A stretch of 64,000 nt of DNA from Lama glama (taxonomy: Eukaryota): positions 18,044,001-18,108,000 of the forward strand of contig CM052832.1 of assembly GCA_028534125.1 (NCBI GenBank), in the 5' to 3' direction. Shown in pieces: positions 16,664 through 28,100 of the stretch. Below the pieces are notes generated by a model that worked only from the letters and a program-made list of their open reading frames with translations, did not search any database and was not told the origin of the DNA. Position numbers and translations under genes: made by a program. Each line of letters opens with the position of its first letter. The first letter of the stretch is position 1.

Positions 16664-19630
16664 AACTTAATGCAGTAGGCTAATTTGCACGTTATTTGAG
16701 GGAGATTTCACTCTTCTGTCAACAATGCAGTTCTTAAGAATTTTTGATCAATGGAAGACTCTCAGGACAACTACTCATGATTTTATCCAGTTCTTTTACT
16801 ATTTCTCAGGTGGAAGGTGTACAGCAGTTTACATGCTGTGCTAAGAAAAAATCCTTTCTGATCTTCTGGACCCTTTAAATATGTAGCCAAACCATTTCAC
16901 TTCCAGGAGTTTTTACAACTTCTTATGGAAGGTATTTCTCGGTTTCAAATCTGCAGTAAGGAGATGATGGTGCTTATCAGTCATGTTGACTAAAGCAACG
17001 AAGTTTATTGGTTGGCTTAACTGAAATGACATGTAAATCACTTGGCAAAATAGAGGCTTTCAAGTACTGGTAGTATCCTTCCCTTGGACACTAAACTGTT
17101 GCTATTTATCCCACGTGAAATTGTTCCTTTTCTGGTATTTGTGAAGAGTGGCAATTTGCTGTTAGCACATGAAATGTATTTAAAATACTTGGGCGGGTGC
17201 AGAAGCTGCCAGACAAGCCAGGCTTGTGAAGTTTTTCGCTCCTCTAAGGCTCTGAGTCATGCTCCCTCCAGGTGCCAACACAGGAGGGCCAGAAATTGTG
17301 AAGAAGAGAAAGCTGATTTAGCTGAAGAGGGTAGGTAGGAGAAGAAAAGCCCAAAAGATTAGCAAGGGTGACATCTAAGTCTGATTTTGCCAAGATGAAA
17401 CTTAAGATCAAGATTTGCAGTACTTTATTATTATTTTTTTTAAAGTTTCAATCTACAAGACTCCTCATAGCATGTTATACCTTAGGCAAGATAAATAGTA
17501 TTGCTTCCTCAGCTGATAGAGAACAGTGTAAGGTAATTGCCTATATCTCTTGCAGTAACAGACAATTTTGTTTCCTTCTGTTGTATATTTCAACAACTGT
17601 AGCTTCTCAAGTACTTCTGTAAAGGTAGGTCACATTTTCCATTCATCTCTATTTGAAGAACTCCTTCATTGTAATCTAATACTTCAATAAGATTTAAAAT
17701 TTTCAGCCCAATGAAAAACTCCCCTCCTATTGTACTTTTAGTATCAGGTATTATGTGTATTGATGGGTAGATTAAGACAAACTAGGGACCACCTGCAGTT
17801 AGGCATATCAGAGATGTTTAAATCTTTAAAAAGCGCACACACACACACCCCAAAAGGAATTTATGAACTCTTCAAGAACAAAAGAGAAGGGGTGATTAGT
17901 ATTGCCTGAGAGAAGCCTGATCTCTGTGAAGTTCAACAAAGAACTTTGAACTGGCCCACTGTTCCTTCTGAAAAACTTGGATTTTATAATGGAACCACTG
18001 TGTGATAGATACAAAAGCTCAGTTTTACGGGGCAAGATGTAACAAAGAGATGTTAAGATGTTTATTGACACAAATGGAACTATTTTAGGACCAGATAGAA
18101 AGAAGACATTTTGGGTATGAATTGAAACTTTGTGAGAGAAACCTACTGAACTTCAGGTACAATGTAAACCATATAGCTCTATTTCAGATGTCTTTTATAG
18201 GATGAGAGAAATCTCATTGTTCTGGCTTGCATTTCAGTGTGAGAATGGGCCTCTAGGAGAATATTCTGCAGAACAAACATACATCATCTAGCACAGATAA
18301 CCATGTAAACATCTCTGCCATGTTCCTCACCAAAATAAGACATCAATCACATTCCTTCAGTGTTTAACAACTACCTATCATGGACCTAGAGCACACCAGG
18401 CATTTGGTTCAACGCTGAGTTAATGGTGGCAAAAGAGACATGTTTCTTATTATAATCTTTAAAATCAAATTTTTATTTTGGAGTAATTTTAGAAAAGTTT
18501 GAAGACAATACAGAGAATTTCCTTATACTCATTTGCTAGTTTCGTTTAATATTAGCTTCTTACCTTACCATGGTACATTTGTTAAAACTAGGAAACCAAC
18601 ATTGGTAATTTTTTAATAACTAATTTACTAATTACTAATAACTAATGACTGGGTGTCATCTTCTCTCCTGCTTTCCAGTTTCACAAAGCCTGGTTTTTCG
18701 TACACATTCCCTCCCTCACTGATACAAACAGAACATTTCAGATTCAACTTCTGCAGAATATGCCAACTGTTTTGAAAAATATGCTCTGATTTTGTCAAGT
18801 GTGTACTATATTGAAAGTGCTTTTGGGAAGCTCTCTAAACACTGATAAAACAGAGATTCCACATTATATTGTTAGGTGATGAAGGCAAGTTGCAGTACGA
18901 AGTGTAAATATTCAGACTCTCTCATGAAAAGAAAAAACAAGAAATTATATAAATAGTTGTTTCTATAAAGAAAATTGGAAAGGATACATATGCAACTATA
19001 CATAGAATTTATCTCTGGAAATTGGAAATGATCACTGGATGGATGATTTATAAGAGAGAAAGGGACTTTTCACTGTACCAAATTATATATTTGAACTTTG
19101 ATACATGTGAATATATTTCTTATCTCAAATTAAATGTTTTTTAAACGAGTCACCTACATGTCAAATCAGTCTTCAGAGTATTTAAAATGAAGCTGTTTCT
19201 TTTCTACTGTGTTGATATTAAAATTTTTTTCACACGTTATTTAAAAATTTTTGTTTCATCTCTCACTGAACCAGTTAAGATCCAAGTGTAGAAGTGTAGA
19301 AAGTGTGGATGATTTTATTAATTTTTAGACAAAAATAATTCAATAAGGTCAGTTTCTTTGCAAGAATCAGTCACCCAGTGGGGGAAAAATATGCCAAAAG
19401 CAATTCTATTTCCCATATCAGGCCACTCACTGCTGTCCTTTCGCCCTGTAGAGGGGGGTCAAAACAGGACCTAAACCTTTGGGGAAATCACAGACGTGTG
19501 TTCAAGTTCTTTTTAATTCTCAGTAAGAGTCTTGTCTCCAAGAGACTAATTGAGACATCATATTGCACCCCGAGACTGAGAAAACCTTGATCTGTATTAT
19601 AAATGTAACAAAAACACCCTTCATACAGCC

Positions 19631-19703
19631 TGGCCCATAAGGGGATCAGCCCACAAGCTTGGTGTTGTTAGCACCATGCTCTAACCAACTGAGCTAACCA
19701 ACC
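19631..19703 (-). pseudogene. Decayed tRNA-Ile-derived pseudogene (anticodon now AAC, B box broken)
   Basis: RC: GGTTGGTTAGCTCAGTTGGTTAGAGCATGGTGCTAACAACACCAAGCTTGTGGGCTGATCCCCTTATGGGCCA. Confidence 0.85.
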
Positions 19704-19739
19704 GCGGGATGATACATAACTTCTTCTTTAGAAGATTGA

Positions 19740-20455
19740 ATGAAAACAAACCAACAAACAAAAAAACCAATTTCTCCAAATATCCAAGAGAGGGAATGCT
19801 GAGTTATAAAGGGTGTGTGTGTGTAAAGTGGTTTTAAAATTTTACATTCCCACCACCAATAATGGGATGTTCTTTCTACATCTTCATCATTCAAACTTGT
19901 TAGGAGTTTTTGTCTGTTTTTTTTTTTTTTTTTTTCGCTTCTAGCTCAATTGGATGTGAAGTAGTATTTTATGGTTTTTGTATTTCTCTAATGACTAAAC
20001 AGGTTAGGCATCTTTTTCATGTGCTTATTTGCCATTCATGTATTTCTTTAACTGAAATGTTTATGCATGGGTTTTGCCCTTTTTTTAGTGGCTTGTCTTT
20101 TTATTATTGATTTCTAGGAGTTCTTTAAATAATCTGGATATAAATCCTTTGTCAGGTATATGCATTGTGCATGTTTTCCTTCAGTCTTTTGCTAGTCTTT
20201 CATTTCTTAATTAGGTCTTTTTATAAGCAGAAGATTTTTTATTATGCAGAAGTTTTAATTATGATATTGTCTGATGTATTTTTTCATATATTTATGCTAT
20301 TTTTTCTCTTTGAGAAATATTTGCCTACTGCAAGGTCATAAAGAATTTTCCTATTTTTTTCCTGGTAGTTTATTGTTTTAGCTTTACATTTAGATCTATG
20401 ACTCATCTTATATTCTGAGTATGATGTGAGATGAGTGTGAGGGTAATTTTTTCCT
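19740..20455 (-). mobile_element. Old L1 fragment, antisense
   Basis: TTTACATTCCCACCACCAAT, TTTCTCTAATGACTAA and CTTTTTCATGTGCTTATTTGCCATTCATGTATTTCTT motifs. Confidence 0.75.
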
Positions 20456-21189
20456 CCAGCTCTGAGCAGCTCTGAAGCTCTGAGAAAGCTTGAGAAGAGA
20501 AAGCAGCCCAGCACCAAACCCAGACCCGTTCGGTTATCAAGCTGAAAAGAAGTTTGCAAAAGAGATTGAGAGAAGAGGCGCCCAGCAAAGTAGGTGGAAA
20601 CCAAGAGAATGTGAAGAGTTGAAGGTAGACTTCATTCTTTCACCAAGCACCCACGATGAATCAGACCATGGTGCACATGCTAAATATAGAAAGAGAAACA
20701 CCGAGGCTAGACCTCAGCATGAGGGGCCATGGTTAAGAGCAGTAAGTGGTACAGGGTAGCATCTGGTAAGCAGGGCTAGAGTTAACCCTCAGAAGAAGAA
20801 AAAAGTTACTCCAGAGGGTTTAGAATCAAGAAAGGCAGGGAGTGACTTCCTCACAGAAGGGGCTTTATGTCTTCTTTTACCAACCCCCCTGTCCTGACTT
20901 GCCTTTACTTCTCTTCCATTTCCCAGCTTTCCAGGGGTGCTCAGTCTCCCTGACTTGCTACTTCCTGATCCTGGTGGCTGCTGTTCACAGTGGTGAACAG
21001 AGTACCATTGGCAGTGCTAAAGCAGGCTAAGCAGGCACCCCTGGGACTGCGTCCAACTTCCCAGAACCGGGGAGTGTCCTCATCAGGAAGGCTTGGCCAG
21101 AACCCTAAAACCCTACGGTTGGAAGCTGGAAGTGCCAGAAAGGGACATTTAATTGTGGGAAAAGTTAGTGAGTGAAAGGTTTAGGAGGA

Positions 21190-21364
21190 AAACTAAAAGA
21201 TAGACAGACAGAGAAGGACAAAGATTAAGTGACAGGAAGAAAACTAGAGACAGCAAGAAACAGCATAAAAGACAGAAATAGACAGAGCCTCAGGGAGACA
21301 GAGAGATTAAGAAGATAATGGAGGAGAGACAGGGAGAGTCTGAAAAGAGGGAAATTTTACAGTC

Positions 21365-21397
<33 letters not shown>

Positions 21398-21700
21398 AAG
21401 TGACTTTATAAAGGGACACAGAGACCAAAAATGAGAGACAGAAATAGAGCAGTGGAGGTAACTAAGGGCAGATCAAGCTAAAGAAGAGTAGAGAAACACT
21501 GACTGAGAGACAGGGACAGAGACATAGACTCAGAGAAATAAACAGAAACAGACTAGGATACAGAGAGAGACAGGAATGAAGAAACAGGAGGGGACAGAAA
21601 GACAATTAGAAACAGAGACAAAATAGACAGGATGAGACTGGTGGAAGGGCACATAGTGAGAGAATCAGTGAGAAGCAGAGACAGGTCAGGGTCTGAGGTC
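21190..21700. repeat. AG-rich low-complexity tract with (AG)n at about 21365-21390
   Basis: Seen directly. Confidence 0.8.
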
Positions 21701-22076
21701 CAGAGAGAAGCCTGCAGCAAGATGCCCAGCTCAGGAACTGAACAGAATTTGATCAAGAAGCTGATTTGCAGGGGCGAGGCAGAGGGGGGGAGCTGAGCAC
21801 AAAGAACCACATTTCTTCGACATTTGACATTTAAAATGACACTATTCACAATTAGAATAACCATCCACTTATATTTACATAACTCCCTGTCTGAAAAAAA
21901 GCACTTTTAGTTGGGAATGAGGATGTTTGCAGAAACAAATCGGTTCTGTGTAGAACAGGTGCTGAGTCCCAATTTTTGAGAATTTCCTCTTCCAAAACAC
22001 GCTTGCTTTCTCTTGTTCAATAAATGTCTAATCCAGGAGTAAGGTGGCCACACAGGAAGTGGTGAGAGTGTGGGGC

Positions 22077-22145
22077 TTAGACCCCACTCCTAACCTGGCT
22101 CTCCTTTGCCAGCTGGAGCCAGGTCTGCAGCTGCTGGAAGATGTT
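22077..22145 (-). CDS. PRSS16: PRSS16 exon 12 (NIFQQLQTWLQLAKESQVRSGV*)
   Basis: AG acceptor; TAA stop at 22079-22077. Confidence 0.92.
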   Translation of the reverse strand, partial: NIFQQLQTWLQLAKESQVRSGV

Positions 22146-25100
22146 CTGTGAAGAGGTGGGGAGAATTTGGAAAGTCAGACCCCAGCACTAGAAGAGATCA
22201 GGAACATGCAAATTAGTATGCAAACAACAATGCAAATCACCCAGAGCTTTTTCTCTCTTACCTGGCGTGCTAGGCGGAGGCTGGGAGGATCTGAGGGCCT
22301 CTCAGGTGCCATGTCCAAGCAATGAGAGGCATTAGGGATGAGAAGGGCTGCCTCTGAGGGTCCCAAAGCCTGTGTTACACTTAGCACATGCCAGGGGTCT
22401 GTGTCCCCTGGAAAGAAAGGACAGAATGGTGGGTTGAGCTGGAGCTAGGTAGACACTTAGAAGTAAGTGTCTGGCATGCTCACCATTAACAAACAGCACT
22501 TGGGTGGCCCCTGGGGTCTGGCCACCATAGTAGGAGTTCGTCTGGGCCACAGCCTTGGCTATGGATGAAGTGGAAAGCCCAAACACCTGCTCACACAGGT
22601 CTAGCTGGGAAGGCAGTGCTGGGAGCTGTGAGAAAGGGCATCCAGGGTCCTCACATGTGACATCTGTGGACAGAGGTATCCATAAGTGTGGAATATATAG
22701 CCAGCCCCCTACCTCTTTAATAGTCATTAACAGAGCTCTCCCCAGTGATGACCAAGACAGCTCGAGAACTTCAACGAGTTCACAGTCCCCTCAGAGACAC
22801 ACTCACTCCCAATGATGGCCTAGAATGATCAGGGCTATGATGGAAGAAGGCTTGAGGTGGGGGTGGAGGACCCCAGAGGGAGCATAATGGGCTCAGGGAC
22901 AGCATTCTGTAAGGGATAAGACCTTAAGGGGAGAGGGGTGGGTATAGCTCAGTGGTAGAGCACATGGTTAGCATGCAAGAAGTCCTGGGTTCAACCCTAT
23001 TGAAAAAAATGATTAATAAAACCAATTAATAAAAGAAAGACCTGAAGGAATTAGCAGGTTTGAGGCAAACAAAGAGAGAGAGAGCCCAGAGTGCTTAAGG
23101 CACAAATTAGATCATGTCTCCCCTGCTTAAAATCCATAGCTTCCCTGTGCTTTTAGGGTAAATCTAACTTCTCAGTCTCATATTAATTTATTCCTTCCTT
23201 CACCATTTATTTGAGCACCTACCTTGTACTCAGATATATGTTGGACAATATACTGGGAATACAGTGCAACCAAAACAGCCCAGGCTCTGCTGTCCAGGAC
23301 TCACAGTCCAGAGAGGGAGATAGGCAATAAAGAGTGTGGTGATGAGACCATGGAAAACACTAAGAAGAAGAATACAAAACTGATGAGGTGGAGGCAGGGA
23401 GGTGGACTTATCTTGAGAGATCAGGTAAGGCTTCCTGAGAAGGGGGCACTTTGTGTTGAGAATTGAAGATGAGTAAACTGTATACAGAGGAGAAGATAAG
23501 CATCCAAGCAAAGTTCCTGAGGTATTAGGAAGATTGGTATATCAGGGGGTCAAAATAGTAGAGCCTTATAATAATAAGAGCAAGCATTTATGGAGCACTT
23601 ACTGTACCCAAGCATTATTCTTAGCATGTTACATATATTCTCTCTCTTAACCCTCATACAACCTTATGAGAGAAACGCTGTTGTTATTCTCATTTTACAG
23701 AGGTAGAAACTGAGGCATAGAGAGGTTAAGTCACTCGCTTAAGTTTGCCCAGGATCACATAGCTATGAAATGAAGTTAGAATTTGAACTTTCAAAATTTC
23801 TGCTTTAAACCATGTCTCCACTGCTTTCAGGGGATATGGCAAATGTTTTTAAGTTAACTCTGGGGAAGGGTAGCCAGATTTAGCAAAGAAAAATACAGGA
23901 TGCACAGTTAAATTTGAATTTCACATAAACAGAAAAGCATTTTTTTTAGTGTAAGTATATCCCATGGAATATTGGGGACATGGTTATACTAAAAAAAATG
24001 TTGTTTATCTGAAATTCAAATTTCAATGGGCATTCTGTATTTTATTACCCCAGGGTCACTGAGGAGCTGTGGAAAAGTTTTGAATAGAGAGGAAGGACAT
24101 GGTCATATTTATAAAGGTCTCTCTGGACCCTGTGAGGGAGTTGCTCTGTATGGGTGGAGGTTTAGAGATCAGAGAAGAGGCTGGGTCAGGGATCCAGGCA
24201 GGAGAGCTTGGAAAGAGAAAAGGATTGGGTGAACTTCAGAGTTGTCCAGAAGAAAGAGTGGGCAAAACTCAGTGATTGACAGCCTATGTGGATGATGGGA
24301 AGGAGGCATGCAAAGCACTGATAAGGGTTTCTAGCCTGGCAACTGGAGAAGGTAGAGCCATTCCTGGGACAGGGACACAAATGAAGAGCAGACTGAAGGG
24401 CCGATCACTCCTGTTGAGGACCAAGCATGTGAGTGAGAAGGTATGTGAGGACCACACATACTCGCACACTCTAGTATGGCTGTCCCGCCTCCAGTCCCAC
24501 ACCTGCAGGGTAAACAAGACCCAGTTGTCCTATGGAAATGAAAATGAGTCCAGACCCCCTGTGAGATGGCTTGTTGGGGCATAGCACAGAATGTATGTTT
24601 TGGGGGTGAGGGTTGGGCCAGTCACTCACAGTAGCCGAATTCAGTACAGGTCTGATACAACCACTGCCGGTCACCCACGCTGGACACTTGGGGTTCTGTG
24701 ACTCTCAACTGTGTCACTGTCTCTGCTCGAGAAAAGCTTAAACACCTCTGGCCCAGGCTGCGTGTGACAACCTAGGGGACAATATACATATATACACACA
24801 TATATATGTATATATACATACATACATTCCACCCCTTCCCCCAGCAAGCCAGGGCCTGGAGGAATAGGTCCATACAGGTCAAAGGACAGAAGTCAGACGA
24901 GTGAGTTTCTGAGTTCTCCTGGGAGTCAGTGGTCAGTGGTGGTGGGGACCTGGGTCCCTGTAGATTAGAGATTAAGGTACTAGATGACTAGAAACTTCTT
25001 ACCTGTGAGATCTTGGGCAAGTAATAGTATCTTGGATCTCAGTTTCCTCATCTGTGAATAGGGATAATAGTAGTGCCTACCTCCTAGAATTATTGTGAGA

Positions 25101-28100
25101 ATTCAATGAAATAATAAATGTGAAGCATGCCGCACAGCACTTGGTGCAGACAGCGCTTGAAAAGTGACAGCTAGGATGTAACTGTGGATTCCAAGGCTGG
25201 CGGGTCCCAGTCTCTAGGAGAACTATGCCACCAGGACTAGTGTTTTTCATTCACTCTACAAATACTAATTAAGCGCTTGCTGTGTGTGACAGACTCTGTT
25301 GCAGGCCCCAGGAAGAGGACAGAACAAGGTAGGCAAACCGGATAACCAGCATAGTCGCCAACGTTTGCATACTGTGTGCCAGGCTCCCTGCTGAGAGCTT
25401 TCCGTGACCCTACGAGGTCCCTGTGAGATATCATTTTACAGATGAGGAAACTAAGTCTCAGAAACGGCTTACGCGTGCCCAAGATCACACAGCGGAGGTG
25501 GAACAGGGACTCTTGTCTGCTGACTCCTGGCGGTGCTCAGGGGTGCTCACCTGCACTGCCCGACGAAGCCCGCGGTAGGGCGCAGCGGGGCTGCTACAGT
25601 TGTCCCTGTCCCCGAGGAGGAGTCCGCAGAGCTGTCGCACACTCAGCGGCGCTCCCACCTGCCCATCGTACTGCACCGCGCCTCCCACCAGCGCCTGCAG
25701 CGTCCCCAGAAGCTCCGCCTGGTCCTCAGAGCGGCCCAGGGATCCACAGGCGCCCATCTCCGCCCGCAGCGCTGCTTGAGCCGCCCCGCCCGCGCGCAGA
25801 CGCCGCTTCACCTCTGCGAAGGCTGCGGACGCCGCCGCCCGGCACTGCGGGGAGCGGAGAGGCTGGGTCAGCGAAGACTCGGACCCGGGCCCCAGACTAC
25901 CCCTTTCCATGACCTGCATCCTCCCTGGGCTCCTCGCTTTTCCCAAGTGGGATTCACCTCCTGGGCTGTAGAACTCTGCTCTCGCCCGAGGCCCCGCTCT
26001 CTCCTGGCTCCTCCCCCGGGACGTCCCCCCAGGCCCCGCCCCACACGGAGCCTCAGCCTACTGATAGGGTCGTCCCTCCTCTGGCCACGCCCATTCAGCC
26101 CCGCCCCGTTGGGCTCCTCCCTTCTAGGTACCAGGATCCATCCTCAGCTCCTGCCTTCTTCCTAAATTCGCCCACCTCTCCGGGTCCCAAGTCCCTCAGA
26201 CGCCGCCACCTTGCAGGCTTCACCCTTTCCCCCTGCCCGCATCCTCAAGGCCTCCTGTCTCTTCCTATACCCCTCGGACTGGCGCCCACCTCCTACCTCA
26301 GGGGATCCACCAATCGCAGTGTTCATTAGGCTTCTGGACACCACCTATAGTCCGACCGCAGTACAATATTAAGTGACTCCACTACTGAGGCCCTCCTCCC
26401 CCTGGACCCGTCTCCCGCCATCCTTACGTTATTATATTCGGAGAAATCCAGCACGGCCCGCACCGGGGCGGAAGAGGCGACCGAGGCAAAAATGAGATGG
26501 GGAAACTGAGGGAGGAGAAGTTATCAACCTGGGGGCTAGGGACTGGGATCCCATGTCTTCCTGCCCCTGTGCCACTCACTCATTGTGTGGTCTTAAGCAA
26601 GTCCCTACCCTCTATACACCGGACTCTTGTGAACGCAGATTGTAGAAAGCTCTTCTAGGGGAAAGAACGGTGTGGGAGGAGGGAGTGTGGTGGGCACATA
26701 TTCCTATTATCTGAGTTGAGGACCCCAGAGTTCCCTCCCTCCAGCCTTCCCAAGAGGAGTCCTGGGACCTTCAGCCGGGCCCACGCAGCCAGGGAGCCGG
26801 CATAGGAGCCTCCGAAGCAGATCCAGGGGCTGGAGGAGGAGACGTTGAAGAGGCGGGAGAGTGTGAGGCGGGCAGAGATCACATCGGCCAGCCTATGGTC
26901 AGAGGGAAGACTGAGTCAGTCCTCATGGCTGGAAATCCCCGAAGATTCCCGCATTGTACAGAAGGGGATCCCGAGACAAGAATAGAGGGAGTCTGGCCAG
27001 AAATTAGGACTATTTTTTTCATGAAATATTTCAGAGGACTCCCCATACCCACATACTCATTTCTGCAAGAGTGCCTAGGTCAAGGGAGACCCATCTGGAA
27101 AGCCTCCACCCTTCTCTTCCAGACTAGATGGGAGAGGAAAACTTCCAAGGCAGTGTAGGTGGAAACCTAAACTATAGGAGGGATTGGAGAGAATCAAGAA
27201 GAGCTACTTACGAAGAGAGGACCTACGCTGAATAGGTTAGACGTTATTGGGGGAGGGGGAGACATACTTAGAAAAAGAGATAGAGATATTGGGGGTATGT
27301 CTAACATCCTCTTTTTTATCCTAAATGCTCTCTCTTCTCCCTAACATTTCCAAAACTGCTTGCAGTTAGTGCCATCCTACTGCAGTTAGAAACCCATTTC
27401 GCTTGTGAAAATACTAAGAGACAGAGAGGAACATAGAGGCAAAGAGATGTAGACAAATACACAGAGAGATGGAGACAAGAGTGAGACAGAGAAAGGGAAA
27501 GCGACTGATTACAGACAGATATAGAGAGATACACCAAGTAGGAAATGGAGAGATAAGTCCTTTGGGGAACAATAAAACAGGTGAGGTGGGGAAGGAAATA
27601 GTAAAGGTTGGTAACAGGAATAGGGTGCACTGAAGGAGGTGAGAGAAGGAGCCATACAAATATCTAGGGGGAGCCCACTCCTTGCAGAGGAAAGAGATCA
27701 ACGATTCAAGGCACCAATGTGCCTATAAGTCTGGAGAGCAGCAAGGACCTCAGTGTAGCTGGAGCCCAAGGAGTGTGGAAAAGAGGAGGTGGGAGAGTTA
27801 ACTAGGGAGCCAGAGCCAATCAGACTTTGTAGCCACTGTAAAGATTTTGTCTTTTCTCTGAGTAAGATGAGAGATGTATGAGGGATTTGAGCCAAGAGAG
27901 TGGTGATCTGGCTTATGATCTAATGATCACTCTGGCTTCATTTGGAGAATAGACTATATGGGTCAAGGGCAGAAATAGGGAGACCAGTGAGGAGGCTGTG
28001 TCATCCAGGTAAGAGATGCTTGTGTTCTGGACCAGTACGCCATAGTGAGACAGCAAGTGATAAGAACATAGTGTAAGAGAAAGAAAAAGATAAGTAGGGA

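Larger units (their letters stand above)
11801..19703. repeat. Old inverted duplication: blocks 11801-12865 vs 18650-19703 and 14960-15943 vs 16444-17425
   Basis: Reverse-complement matches seen by eye, e.g. 12756-12783 vs about 18730-18760 and 15301-15400 vs about 16995-17095; mirrored Ile and Thr tRNA loci. Confidence 0.85.

Noticed and set aside
17830..18300. Unique stretch that looks like a possible processed pseudogene
   Set aside because: Multiple stops in the frames I translated and no recognisable protein
22928..23035. tRNA-Ala-like sequences (also 33690-33817 and 40232-40343)
   Set aside because: They have A-rich tails and no paired acceptor stem, so they are SINEs rather than tRNA genes
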